This document shows, piece after piece, positions 1 through 14,041 of a DNA stretch of 64,000 nucleotides (positions are counted from its first letter, which is position 1; the number at the start of each line of letters is the position of its first letter). The position numbers were made by a program, and so were the translations under genes. Under the pieces are notes generated by a model. It worked only from the letters and a program-made list of their open reading frames with translations. It did not search any database and was not told where the DNA came from. The stretch comes from Balanoglossus misakiensis (Eukaryota; Animalia; Hemichordata): the NCBI GenBank assembly GCA_040954595.2, contig CM082593.2, forward strand, positions 3,675,434 through 3,739,433. The letters run 5' to 3'.

Positions 1-385
1 AATATTCGGTAAAATATACCGGCAAAACGTTCTGTACAAGTACCCTGTGCTAACACCTTATACAATGATGACAGCAGTAACGCAAGCGAGGAATAGCGAG
101 CACCGTAAAACATTATCGCCCTTTCAGAAAAAAATAAAAAAAGTTATCGACGTGGCCATTATGCATTGTAAAGCATCTTTCTAAAGCATTTACCCATTTA
201 GAGGCATTTTAGTGCTTGATTTATTCATCATTGACGCTATTATGTATAAAATCTACTTCACCAGAGTAAAATTTGTTGAGTGGAAAGAATTGAATTTTAT
301 ACATTATTTAAAATTAATATTAAGCTTACAGCTCCAATAAGAAATTTTATCCGAGAGTAAAATGCTTTTAGGTTTTTTGGTATAT

Positions 386-465
386 CATTCATTCGTCCGT
401 CCGTCCAGCCATCCATCCATCCATCCATCCATCCTTCCGTCCCTCCCTCCGCCCCCCCCCCCCCC
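386..465. repeat. Compound microsatellite (CCGT/CCAT/CCCT)n plus poly-C
   Basis: Directly visible: attc attc gtcc gtcc ... (ccat)6 ... C14. Confidence 0.9.
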
Positions 466-3400
466 TCTGATATCCGACTGCAGTCTGCAACTAACGGCTA
501 TGCCCAATGTACGTGCTTTTCAAACAAATTATTCGCCAACATCAACGGACGAGACCGCGCTCAACCCTCGGCTATATTACTGCAGGACTATCTAGTTCGA
601 TCATCTTCGTTTCACTGACCATGCACGACACAGCCACGAGACACGATATACGCATACATGTATCTGGATGTGTTAGCAATCGTGTTACGGCAAAATGATG
701 CCCTCACAATCAACCGATAACTCGTTCAAGTATTATGACATCATCCGAGACAAATGGAAATTCTGTTTGACAGCTGAAGCGGATCATCTTGAAATTAAAT
801 ATACGAGTCAGTGTGAAAGAAAAAGACGGCAGATAACACGAGTGCTAAACAGGATTTCGTTCTGTGGGACTTGGATAAAGGAAAACCCCATCCCAATGGA
901 GATCGTGTCACTTGAAATCCCAATATCGTCCATCGGTCTTCACGCGGCCATGAAACATATAAGCGCTTACCTCGTGTAGTCACAGTCACATGGCCGGAAT
1001 ATACAACTTACACACAGACAATACACTTGGGTTTCGACTAGTTCTATCTAGTTCTGTTACTTTACTTACCGCGTCTTTTACAGCAAAATAAAGTTGTCTG
1101 CGCTCCGCATCAAAATGAAGCCCTTGTGCACTGAGCAGCGTGACCGTCCTTTACGAAAATGCCCGGATGGTAGACGGTTATTACCATGTCCAGGTAGTCC
1201 AGGTGACTCGAACCAATCAGCAACGAGATTGCTTATTTGTTTGAAGCTTTTTGAAAACGATTGCTCTAACCTGTCTCAAGTCAAGTGGCCTGTATCAAAA
1301 GTGATGTTACACAAAGCTGATGAAATTTCTGATTGTGTTTGTTTGTCGTTTTTGTCAGTTTCTTCGACCGTGGATTTGTGGGGGAGAAAGAAACTGACCA
1401 GTCCCTAAACACTCAAATGAATTCTTTCAGAGTAGCCATACTTACACGACGTTCAAAGATACAGTAAATTACTTGTAAACTCAACACGTTCAACAACGTA
1501 ATACACAGAACCGATATTTTACATATTTCCATTTGCCAAATTGCTTTTCTGTGTCCGTACCTTGTCAACAAAACCCTACGATGCTTTTACCAAGCCCTTT
1601 ATTCATACTATCCATTTTATCCGAGTGTGTACATATACATGAATTTTTCTTTTTTTACTAATCATCCGATTTGAAACGAAAGAATCCCTTAGCGGGCTGC
1701 ATCGGCACTTTCGCCTACTCAGTTTACCATCACAATTTCCCTCTAACCATTACCTTAATTTGTTTTGACCCCCATGCCTAGAAACACCGACTCCTCTTGT
1801 CTTCGGCTACATCCCAAATTACCCTTAACCTTCAATGAACCCAGTGTGATTACTAGGGTTCAGTTGGTCTACCTTCCCCTTCAGTATTTTCTATGCTTTT
1901 ATCCGCCGCTGTGACTGTGCCCTCGTTAAGGTAGGAAAGATAGTATGCGCCACGAAAATCACAGTCTTGAACTTTCAGTCATATTTTGCTGAAGCCAATT
2001 AAGATTATTCTCTCTCAACATGCAAAATAAAATTTGGGGTCATCCCTTAATGTCATAATAACATGAACCCTTAAATGTCATTCTGAGGCAAGAATTTTGG
2101 ATGCAATCAGCATCTTTTCACTTTACAGATACGTTTATCACGATTACAGAAAACAAAACAGGTTTAAAACCGCCAGAAAATGTCGTACATCAGAGGAGGT
2201 TTTCAATCGAATGAACGGGGAATGAATGACGTGCAAAATCAGCAAATATTAGAAGAAGCGGTTCCGAGGAACAAGTTTTAATACTGTTTGGCCTTCATTG
2301 CAATTGACTCAAAGTCAACCTTGGTTTTGAATCCAGGATTGCTTTCCCTGTCCAAACACCAAACAGACCTTCAACAAAATTACAAAGTGTGCTTTTGCGC
2401 TGTCATTTCCCGGTTTACCCGCCGCTGAAGCTGTAATGCAATTATGGACCCCTTTCCTGTCCACAATGCAAGCATGAACATCAAGCTTGCATGCACGAAC
2501 TACTAACAGGAAATTTACCTTAGAGTAGAATGCTTTCAGGGAACACTGCGATCTAATTCCCTCTCAGTATCAAGCAAACCTTTTATGATATTTCCTGCAA
2601 GGCATTTTGCTGGTTATAACACCAATCCGCACATCTTCGGGGGGACATTACCCTCTCCTTATCACCTTATCTCTGATAGTAATTTTCAGTATATTTTCAT
2701 AAAAATAAAAACTGCCGGAAACTGCAGAGGCCCTGAAGTAATCGAACAACTCTTCCCACGTGGTTAAACACTTACAAATTACTTTTTCTTGATGTTGGGA
2801 GCGTGAATTTTAAAACACGGATGAGAGGGCTCGACATTGCCGAATCTTCGGTCTACATGCTTATAATCGCGCTAAAGCCCCAACAGCTGCTACCATATTT
2901 TTTAATTCACAAAAAACTTCAATCTTCGTGAGAATTTTAAAACCCATGTACTGTACAATACTTATTCAGCAATCGCCCTTTCAGGAAGAAGTCGTAATAG
3001 CAAAGAGATAGCAAACGGAAATTACAAATTTACTTTCTCATACTTTACCGACTTCATCTGATGAAGGATGGGGGTCATACCCTGTCAAATGTTCGCCTGA
3101 AATGTAAATTCTTGCGCGATATTACAGTTATTATAGCGTGACCGGCTTTTTAATGACATTCTAAAGTTTAAGCACCTGTTGGAGTTTCGTTCAGAGTGGC
3201 AGGAGAGTTTAATTATTATGGCAGGGAATTGCGATGTCGTAAAAACGTGCATCATAAAACTACGATATTGTTATTGGGAACCCATACAGCTGATTCGCGT
3301 GGGAGCATCACCTTCAATATCCATGCTTGTTGCAGTCGCTCGCGCCCTGATTACCTGACCAGACAGTTTGAAGAATCGCATGAAAAAGCCGTAATGTTTC

Positions 3401-5208
3401 TCACCAAACTGTTATCAGGGGGAATATTTTATTTATCACCCTGTTGTTGCTAAGATTATTTTGATGTAACGAGCTTTATGATGTGATAGTTCTCAGCTCC
3501 CCTTCAGAACTGAACCGTCTTCTGGCACCTTTAGGGACTGGTCATTTTCAACTGACAAGGGTTAACGTTGGGTCTATTTTTTTTCGTTTGTCTGTCCTTC
3601 CTCTAACTTTGTCTTACGTTCCCCAAACCAAAATTTTCAGCTCATTGCAAACCCCGTCCATAATTCTGAGTACACTCCTAGTTGTAAAAGTTATACATAT
3701 GCTGTTTCGAAAAAAAAAAATCATCTAGTTAACTTGAAATAAAATATTCAGACGGATATAATATTTTGGTTAAGAATCCGGGAACAGGTTATTCAAGATA
3801 ACACTGGAGAGTTTAGATGCTTATCCTATGTAAGAAGACACAACGCGAAATATCCACACAAATCCAGGTTTTCGTGACATTGTAATCTATTTTAACCATT
3901 TGTGTATAATTCAGTATCGTTCCGTGTGGCGCCTCTTGAAAGTCGACGGTCGCCAGATCATCGTTACGGTGGAGACAAATTTTCAATACTTCAAGGCTTG
4001 CTTCGATGGTCCACGAAAACCAAACAAGTACTACAACTAAACAAGTCTTCTGCACGGACTAAGCTTAATTATTACTTTAGGCGATGGTACACGTACCTCC
4101 CCACGTTATGAATATCACATCACACAAAAAAGTCAACCCGGATTATTTTCTTTTATCTATTATTTAGGTAATAATTATTTTTCATTGGGAAATTGTATTC
4201 AGCCCACTGAAGCATGGACGTGCTCAGCGGTTGAATCGACTGTCGCCAGCGTATCATTAATACACTGTTTGTCGTGTTTGTACGTACAGCATATCAGGGG
4301 AACACACTCGATTAGCAGAAGCATGAATGCACACTCATGTTCAAATCTTATAGGGCAATCGTTCTGGCTCCGTAGTTGTCGTGTTTTTTTTTTCGTGACT
4401 CAAGCGAATATGTACCGTTGATGACTCAGAATAAAATGTCCCCCCCCCCTTTTCCATGGAAAAGACTTTGAACAGCTGAGAAAAACAGCTGACGTCATGC
4501 AGACGATGGGTCATACATCCAATTAGTAAAAATCCTCTATGAACAGATCACCATGCACTAATCGATATCATCAGGAGAACTCGTTATAAACTGCGAGTCT
4601 CACACGGGTTCCCCTCCGCATCGCTGGTATAACAAGCAAGGGAAATCGTCCGCTGACTGGCCACTATAGACTTAAAGTTTGACTGTACACAATGCGGTTA
4701 GACGAAGTTGGAATATAAATCTCTACTCAGTCTTGTTTACCTCGAGAAGTTGATTGACAAGTTGGACTGTACGTCAATCAAAAAGTGTTTATCAATTAAA
4801 CTTTGTAATTCAAGGGAATATCAAAACTTTGGTCAACATAATGATTTCGAGTTGGACAGTTCTACAGGCGATTTATAATTTGTACGTAAATGCTTCCGGC
4901 CAAAGCGCATAATGATACACATACACGATTAATTGGCGCATAACGATATAGTTATTTTTTTCAGGGTCTCCGGACTGTAACAAATAAGTCCCGGTCCATC
5001 TTTAACTCGTTAGTTGAAGGTTGACCCTCTTCAAAATTCGCTCGAGGGAAACCTACCTAAAGTACACTTTAACTTTTAACAGACATCATTAATAAACTTC
5101 GTCAACCAAAGCACATGAATTATCTCAGACTAGAAATTCAAAGTAGGTTTACCGAGCCAACTTCAGCAAGAAAACAACAAACTTTAATATTAAAACCTTG
5201 CTTATTAT

Positions 5209-5600
5209 AAATCAAACATTAGAAATGATGACACGACCTTCACATTTACTATTCGAATTAAATGTACCTACAAATTTTCACGTCACCGTGTCTTATTACT
5301 AATGTGTTCTAATCCTTATATAAAGTCGACAAAGGTAATATGAAAATTACATATTCTCTATTATTTTCTTTAAAAGACCTGATTTAGTGTTGACTTTTCC
5401 TGTCAAAATAAATCAAACATTAGAAATGGTGACACATTCACATTTAATTCCACGTCGCAGTGTCCTAAGAATAATGCGATATAATTCATATATAAAGTCG
5501 ACAAAGAATGTGTAAATAATACCTTTGTTAGTATTTTCTTTAAAAGACATGATTTAGTGCTAACTTTTTCTGCCAAAAATAAATCAAATATTAGACATTA
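5209..5600. repeat. Diverged tandem duplication, unit about 170-200 bp, two copies plus the start of a third
   Basis: aaatcaaacattagaaatg.tgacac recurs at about 5209 and 5410, and partly at 5581. tataaagtcgacaaag and tattttctttaaaagac.tgatttagtg each occur twice. Confidence 0.85.
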
Positions 5601-6200
5601 GGCGACATTTGCAAATTTCGCGACAGACTCTGCCGACAAATCATGTGATAAAGTCACGTGACTTTATCCAGAACATTATCAGCCGAGAGACTCGGTTCTC
5701 ATACACGCTTTCTTATCGTGACCATTTCGCTTGCGGGAGATGATGGCCTCGTAAGTTTATGAGTTTCATGCTATATGACATTACAGATCTGTCTTTTGTA
5801 AAACTTAATTTTCTCGCCCAGTAGGAGAGACTCGCAACACGATAGGCGCTAATGTGACTTAAATTTACTCTAATTATATTTTATGAGAACGGCGCACATA
5901 ACTCGACAAATTAAAGATGGAAATTGAAAAACGGGCAATCTAACAAGAACGATTTACCTAGAATAGCTGTTGGCAGTTTTTTTCCTATCCGACCACCCAG
6001 GCAGAACGATTGGCTTGCTGTGTATGTTGGCCAAAATGATAGGGTTTCTGCAGGCTACGTAATAAATTTGGCAAGCTCTGTCATCTGTTTCCAACGAGCC
6101 GCCAGTCTTTCAGCGGTCTCGTGATCCATCCATGAAATTGTAATAAGTCTTAGCATTCAGCTGTTGAACGAGGAAAGGGTTAAGAGTGAGGGAAGGTGAA

Positions 6201-6252
6201 CATCATCACCATCACCATCGTCGTCGTCACCATCACCATCACCATTAGAGAC

Positions 6253-6307
<55 letters not shown>
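6201..6307. repeat. (CAT/CAC/CGT)n followed by a (GACA)n microsatellite
   Basis: Directly visible. Confidence 0.95.
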
Positions 6308-6935
6308 CAAAGAGGACGTTTTGTGTGACGATCTAATGCGATAATACATGCAATTGATTATCAGAAGTCCCATAGTTCACAACCAATCCATCATCCCAAT
6401 TTGGGATCCACTTCCGTTTCCTCCCTCGCCACTTCCGTCAGTTCTGTTACTGCCCTTGGAAGTTCTGACTGTCAGAATAAACACACGCCTCTGGCAATTT
6501 AGTCGTAGCTCACGACGTTGTCGCGCATAAAACTTTGTTACACTGCTCTATATTCAGCGTAGGTCTCGCACACACAGTCTCACAAATAGGTGTTCTTTCA
6601 TCGTTGTTAGTCTGACTGCACAAGCCTTATTCCCCCCACACTGACGAATGTTGATCAATATAAATACATGGGAGTCCAGACTTCCGGCTGAACAAATGGA
6701 CTTTAAAATTACAGTCGAGCATCGCCCCTCTTTCAAAGCGCGACTTCAAAACAGTCTCCATAAATTGTTTATGAAATCAACCCATGCTATCCTGATCGGA
6801 TCAAATTTGACAGCGTTATATAAACGTCATGTATACCGGGGCGTGTCTAATCCCCTTTTAAAAATGCCCGTTACGACATCCCATCAGGACGCGGCTGTGT
6901 TAAAGCATTCGCGTCATCGCCCTGGCAACGGCACG

Positions 6936-7251
6936 TATAAAATAACCAGCGAGCGGAGGAAAAACTGCACAGTCATAATTTCAACTTCCCGAGGTAGATC
7001 TCTGCGGACGGTGTCTGCAAATCTCGCGGATGACATCCCCATGATCGACGTCTCCTGCGCGTCTGTGTGCGTATGATATTTTCCTGGGAGACGCTTTCAG
7101 ATCTCCTCTGACGGGTATGCGGACCGAATGAGATGTGAGTTTTCCATACCGACCACTTTGAAATAGTCGATACCAAGAGGAAACAACTGTATTATCTACA
7201 CCACGTTAACTGTCAGTCGAGCAAAGCGACAGATTCATTGGAAAACCCAAG
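6936..7251 (+). promoter_or_regulatory. Candidate promoter and non-coding first exon of the GPCR
   Basis: TATAAAA at 6936-6942 in a CpG-rich patch, an Inr-like CAGT about 30 bp downstream, and a strong donor AAG|GTATGT at 7251/7252. The GPCR coding exon begins at a splice acceptor, so an upstream exon is required. Linking this candidate to it is inference. Confidence 0.3.
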
Positions 7252-10200
7252 GTATGTAACTTATAGATGTGCTTAAAACTTCCACTAAGAATTGGAACTA
7301 TTTTGTGAGCATAAGATACACAGAAAGATGGTATATATCAAACTGCATAGTAACCTCAATATATTACGCGATTGTGATTGTTGAAATTGTCTTAAAGGGT
7401 TGGCTTTTAATCTACATTTGACGATGACTCAGATCTCTGGTGGCAACGAGATTTACAAAACGAGTCAATAAGTGAGATTGTCTGGCCGTATGTCGTGCCG
7501 AGTGATAACTACGGTTGAATGAAGTTTCTCAGTTGGAGAAGAAAATTCGACAGAGCACGTATGTTCGGCGTATAATTTGTACAACGTTCGTCTGTTTGAA
7601 GAAAGAAGCCGCGATGTTACATGTTAAGAACTTATCTGATATCCTCTGTGTCGGCTTAGAGAAATACGTCGCCTCTAATTGAACGTCCTTTCACAGTTAA
7701 AGGGGCACATGCCTTATCGTTCAGATGGCACATCTTTTTGTGTCTGGACATCATGTGAGATACCGTGATTTCCCTACCTGGGAATAGATGTATACAGGTT
7801 ACTGTGAGCTTTCTTATGTATAATGTTACACTACGTATCACTTTAGCACTATACGTGATGGAACACAACAAGGAACACAACAAACAGCTCTTCACGTCAA
7901 TCCAGAGTGGCGTCAACGAGTGTCGAACTATCCGTCTTATACTTACAAGACATGTTTCAATATTCACACGAAGCTGAGTTCATGTACAATCGTCACAAAT
8001 CTGGGTGTAAAAGGATGTCCAAGTGTTTTATAATAACACCTACAGTTATAATGATGACCTCATAAATGTGGACATTTGTCGTATACCGAATCACCCTCCC
8101 ACGTCTGCTTAGATGACTATGGCATTAAACAAGAATAACCCAGAAAGTAGATGGGCTCAACATCATATCTTGATCTGTTTTTGATTAGAAAAAAAGTATT
8201 GTCTACTGTAAGCTGTATGGCAAGAGGACGATTTCAATCTTGAAATCTTAATCTCGAAGAATATTCCATTAGGTCCAGCTTATGACGTGCACATTTTACA
8301 AGCCCTTGCAGGGATGCTGCAGAGCTTACGACACATATGAAGAAATTCTAGTAAGACAGAGCTGATTAGACTCAAAGCTAGAGAGACATGAATTCTCCAA
8401 CAGTAGATTAGTTAGACACTTTAAGATAGTCTATGGTACATTTAAAGCTGCTGTATTCAAATATGACGTATTCATTACTCAAAATGATGAGTGACAGCAT
8501 ATGGCGTTGACACACAACAGCTACTAAATTACCCTTAACTGCACGGTACATGTAGGTTATACGCTTATGAGTTCGGGACACCTGGTATCACCACGTAGCA
8601 GTGATTCAACATGACCGATTGTAATTTTCACTTTTCTTTTGACGTTAAAATAACTTTGAAGCACCCAGAAGAAATTGAGTTGACAAGATTTTTCGCCGGA
8701 TGACTGACGCAGCATGCGTACCCACGGGGTCAATGAAAACAAATGTGATGTGGTCAACGTTGCACTTAAGACAGACCGGACACGCTGTCGCATTTTAAAC
8801 AACCTGTTGTTGACAAAGCTCGTCTCTAGCAATTGCACACAGGAGGCCAGTGCAGAAATTCAGCCGAAAGGTCGCCAGGTAGTTTCTCCGATAGTCCAGC
8901 ACTTTGCCTGTCCTCCAAAGGACTATAAAGACATGAGAAAATAACCTGGCTGTCTCATTCGATCAGACGTGGTGCCATCGCTGTCCAGATTTAACACCAA
9001 TAGCATGAGGAGAATAATATTTTCGCACCTTGTCACTCTCCTACCGACCACTTCTAGGCCTTCGAGCCCTTCAATCCAATCTACAAATTGCCTATATCCG
9101 AGAAAACAACGCCAATCCGCTTGTGGTTTACTTCAACAGGGGTTCCGGTGAATAACAATTGCGATTCGGGAAGTATGCAGAAAACAGGATCATTTTAGAG
9201 CGCCATGATTCATACCTGTTCACTTTCATCCGATCAAGTCTGGATAAATAATCGTTCAGGCTATGGCTGTGTGGTGAAGGTTGTTAAAAATCTATTATTA
9301 GATAAGCATCTACTTCTATCTGTCAAAATTTCATAACAGTTTAGATTGCAGCCAATGCGTAATAACTTACTTTCACTTCGAAATTTCTTTGCTGTGTGTA
9401 CTTCTTAGATTAGCCTACACGTTTCAAAACAAAACTTCGCCTGACTGTCTCGCTCGAGGGGCAATGCAACAGCAGTTAATTTAGCAAATACGGTATCACG
9501 ACGATTCTTTTTCAATACTTTTTGTGTCGGCTGTTTTGCTTTACACTAAAATGAGCAATACTCTAAGTACTGGCTGTCCGTGTCTCAGAAATGGCAAATC
9601 TAACAATCAGTGAGGCATTAGTAACATCTACGACGCTGTTGTGAAAAATCTGCGTGCGCAGATTAGCAAAGAGTGATCCCTTTTATACCCGTCCGTTCTC
9701 TCGCTTCGAGTTGGTCTGCAAAATTTCTATGGCGAGCTTGTAAGTCTGCCGAAGTCTGTCAAATTTTGCAGGCGATCAATCTTCACGGGGAATGGTCTTT
9801 AAAATTGAGATGGCAATATTTCCTCATATATGAACTACTGTGATTTATACGTGGAGGCAAGGTTAATGTAAAATGCTGTAAAAGTTTAATGCAGGGAACA
9901 TTCTATAACTTCTGTTGTGAACGATCGAGGCACGCTTTCTGTAATCGTTAACCGAAGTTTGTTGAAATGTCAACTGCTCGCGTGGAGATTGGGCTAAGTA
10001 ATTGCAGATCCCCGTGTCATGAACCAACTGAGGCAATTTATTCATGTTACGCAAATTATTATAACGCACTCCAGTGACAGACAGACCTTGATAATATTTA
10101 ATTGCTAAATCTGAGCTTGATATGTTGGAGGAACGTGGCTCAAATCCTCAAACACCACAATCCAAATAAACTAATTTCTTTAAAATTGGGCTGAAGTTAC

Positions 10201-12589
10201 TTAGCTTTTACGATTGCCACACGTGACACGTCAGTGTGTTAACATGCTATCTTTTACGACATATGACGACTGAAGCTATGCCCCGTTTCACACTTTGACA
10301 ATCACCATTTACAAACTGCCATTAACGAAGTTTTCTTGCTGGAGTAATATTAAGGCTAGCTTTCGAAAGCAATATATTTTACTTTGCGTTATTATGAATA
10401 GCAGAACTTAAGGTGTCATATTGCTTTTGGTTACTTTCAACAGGAAACATATAGGTGATTGCAAAAACAGTGTCTGATATCGACCGTTATATTAAGGGTT
10501 GTATTTCTATCATTAGTACACATTCATTGAAATTAGCTAATACTTTTTCATTCGCTAACCGATTGACATTACACAAAACAGTATTACTGAGTGGGCTATA
10601 CTTAGATACCCGTTATTCAGAACAATAAAGAATTTAAATAGGTGCAGCTCACGCCTGACTATCAAGTTTCACAAATTTTTACCGAGATTGTGGATTTGAT
10701 AGTTTATTTTGTAATAGAAGTTAGGCTACTTGTAGGACCCTTGTGTAAAATCATACCACAATTTATGCACGTACACGGTAATTGTGTTATAAAATAGGTA
10801 ATCATAATAACTGGGCGAATATTTGCAGTAGTTCCATACAACATAGGTTTTAAACCGGACCTTAGCGGAGGCTCGCTGGTAAGCATAATATAGTTTTGTC
10901 TCCATGAGCGTCTCTCTAATTGGATTTTTTTTCAGCCCATCGCACAAATTTCATATTTTAAAAACGCGACGAGCTTCTGTGGTTTCCATGGAGTTACGAA
11001 ATTACCTAGCACGTTTTGTCAGATTTTTGATCAATCATCGACAGCAAATGTGTTGTTTCTTTCCGTCGTCTACATCATTATTGTATTCATTCTCTTCTGC
11101 TCCGTTTCTCTAGTTCAGGCTTCACTGTGATGAATAAAACTGTCTGTCTGAATTTGCAGTCTGAGCAATTAACTGGCACGTCGCATGAATTTTTATCAGC
11201 TACGGACTAATCCCGATCTACCCCTTCAAAACGTTGTTTTGCCGTTGCAGGTGTGTTACGTTAAAGGTAGTTTGTTTTCTAAGGCGTATACTAGGCCACA
11301 CTGTCCTTCTGTACCTGCTCTTGATGGTTTAACGCTCTGTAATGGTATGTATACGGAAAGTGTAAAGTATCGATTTAACAGTATGCCTTTGCGATTCGCA
11401 CGTCTGCTCGCTGCGACAGACACGTTATTTTGCAGTGGCATATGCATCATTGTGGTTTTGGTTTAATAGGCAGATCGATCACGGAACTCCGATCTCGTAA
11501 AGTCGACTCAAAGTACATCGAGTTGTATTAGTGCCAACATGCACACAAAACATTATTAAAAGCCATAGCATTCTCGCCTTGATTACAACTTGTGCGGAAA
11601 CCGCCACAGGATGCCACACGTTTTACAAATTGTTAGTTTTAATATCTAACCAAATACGATTTTTCTAAAGGTGCCAAAATATATCTTTTCACGTCACAAG
11701 GTAATGATAAAACTTTTTTTCTACATGTCTTTATATCCCCGCCCTTCCGCTATTCAATACCGGTCCGCCAGTATATGTTTACCGCGGCCATAAATATAAA
11801 TATCGCCGCACGTGAGGGGACGATATTAATGTAGAACCAAATAGCTATAGCTTTTTATGGTAGGTCACGTGGTTGAATTTCGCCAAAGGACGACACCATA
11901 GGCGCGGTGTAATAAAGCCCGCCAGCGACCTTCTTTTTTATATAAAGCTGTGAAATCCCGGTGTTAAATCTTGTTTTACTCGAAACACGTTAAGGAATGT
12001 TAAGGCGGTGTGTATTAATGATTTCAGATGGATCTGCGAGAATGATAGTTAAAGTTTCATTTTAATGCTTTAGCGCATTACACGCTGTAGGTATGAGACA
12101 CCCTACTGAGGTTCGGTCTTATTTAGGGCGCGATGTCGGGGCAGTAAACTCAAAAGTGTTTTGCAGTCTCGCCACAGTACGTCTGTGGGACTTGAATATT
12201 AAAGCTGTGAGGGCGTTATATAGCCAAGGGTATTGTTGTCACCGGGGGGTCTGTCCCAATGCACCCGTCGCGTGATTTCAATGGCATAACTGTTGTTCGA
12301 TACACGCACCGAATCACAGTCCCCCTGTGACCGAATCCTGCATGCGCATGTATAGGCCTACGCAATTCCAAACGTCTAACGCAATGTAATTAATAACACA
12401 CGAATCGGCCCAGCCACCCCCGGGGCTTGTGTTCACGTCTGTAATATCGATGACTGCCCAGCCGCAACCTGGTATTGCCCTCGTGGTCGCGTGTTATTAT
12501 CAAAACAGCCAACGCATTTCTGGGTGTGCAATTAAAGAAATTTTTTCTGTGGAATATTTACTTCCAGGCATACGCTCAACCTCGATAGA

Positions 12590-13155
12590 CTGAGAGTGGC
12601 GGAAAAAAAATTGCCCGAGACAGGATGACGGCGTGAGAGTCAACATAGTGGAAATTGAAATCTCATCTTGTGTTTCAATTTCGCCATCCCATTCACTTGC
12701 AGCGTTTCGAGCACACAGTGTCTGCATAGCACTATTTGACGAGTGGGGAAATTTGCCAAATTTGCGGCGAATAATAAGGAAAAATCGAGATTACGCATTC
12801 TGCTTCAATTTCACCGCCTTTTCACAAGCCTCGTCGTCAACAAAGAGGGAGGCTGCACACTTATATTAGTCCAAGGGAGACATTGCCGGTTTTCACGACA
12901 AATAATATGAAGGAAATAGAAAATTACACTTTTTGGTTCAATCTCGCTGTTCATTGATTTGTCTAATTTAAACACTGTGCCCGTATGGCTGGATTGGATG
13001 CAACGACGAATTACCATACTTACGACAAATAATACTGTCACAAATGGACGTTATACTGTTTGCTTCAATTTCGCCTTCCTTTGATTCGTCTAATCTCAAC
13101 GGACGGGAGTATCTTAGTTACATTAAACTTTGGGCGATATTACCATTGCGACAAA
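12590..13155. repeat. Highly diverged tandem array, unit about 130 bp, about 4.5 copies
   Basis: TTCAATTTCGCC-like boxes at about 12675, 12805, 12937 and 13064. CGACAAATAATA-like and GG...ATT(G/A)CC boxes recur with the same period. Confidence 0.7.
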
Positions 13156-14041
13156 AGCACACTGCGAAATAGGTTTCGCGTCGCTCCTTTTAATTCCAGT
13201 GTAGTGTGATAAATCTGTCGTGAAGTGCCTGTGTGATTTACACTCGATGAGAGACTCGCCTTGTCTTGTCATGATTCCGACAAACCATGTTATACACGCT
13301 GACTTTCTTCCCTCGATTTGGGAGCCAGAGACACGACTGTACAATCAATATCACGGGATCGAAGCTCTTTCGTCTTAACTAAGTTAATACCTCGGGTGTC
13401 GTACGAGGGCTATTGAGAATGCAAAATGACGTAATCTGGTTATGCGTTCGGGTAATGGAAAAGTAGTGGTCTTTCAAGAGCCTCCAGCGAGAGCGACGTG
13501 TTCTTCAGTTAGAATTCCATTCATCCGTCCTTTTACCGAATATTGCTCAGATAGAGACTTTTTATAGTTGAACGATCCACGTTAGTTTTCAGTGTATTTC
13601 GCACAAAATATGGGACTTGAAGTATGAGCGAAATCTAGGCATGTTCGTAGGGTATGGGTACTGCCTATGTGATATGAATATTACTTTTATTCCGACTGAC
13701 TTTTATCCTGCCCACGTTGTACGTTTTTTTTTTCTGGTATCATGCAAAAGTAAATAAGATAATTAACTGGTATTTGAGTAAAGGCATTGGATTTCGTTAA
13801 GCTAAATGTCATATTCCCTTGATCCCTTGCATAAGAGTCAGATCCGGATAAGGAAAACTGGTTTGTCACTTCAGGGTTTTTAAATATATAATTCATCATT
13901 TAGATGGCGCGCTTCCCTAGCTGTGGTTCATAATATTAATAATTAATAAAATGTCCTCTTACCACAATCAGTCTCTTTCAATTGGACAGAATTCTTGCAA
14001 ACTTAACGTTCTTCGTTTTCTTTCAGTTTGCTGCACGAGGC

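Noticed and set aside
1500-12500. Short ORFs of 60-142 aa in the left region, and similar ones at 41400-49100
   Set aside because: They show no domain signatures, codon bias or consistent exon chains. Probable repeat fragments (for example near 1926-2520, 12210-12350 and 46250-47300) could not be delimited reliably.
12590-13155. CRISPR-like reading of the box-and-spacer array
   Set aside because: The context is eukaryotic, the repeats are far too degenerate, the period is too long, and there are no cas genes.
13982-14041. 20-aa N-terminal extension of the GPCR from a TTG start
   Set aside because: It spans a polypyrimidine tract and AG acceptor (14011-14026), so it is intron plus 5' UTR. 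The ATG at 14042 gives a normal glycosylated N-terminus.
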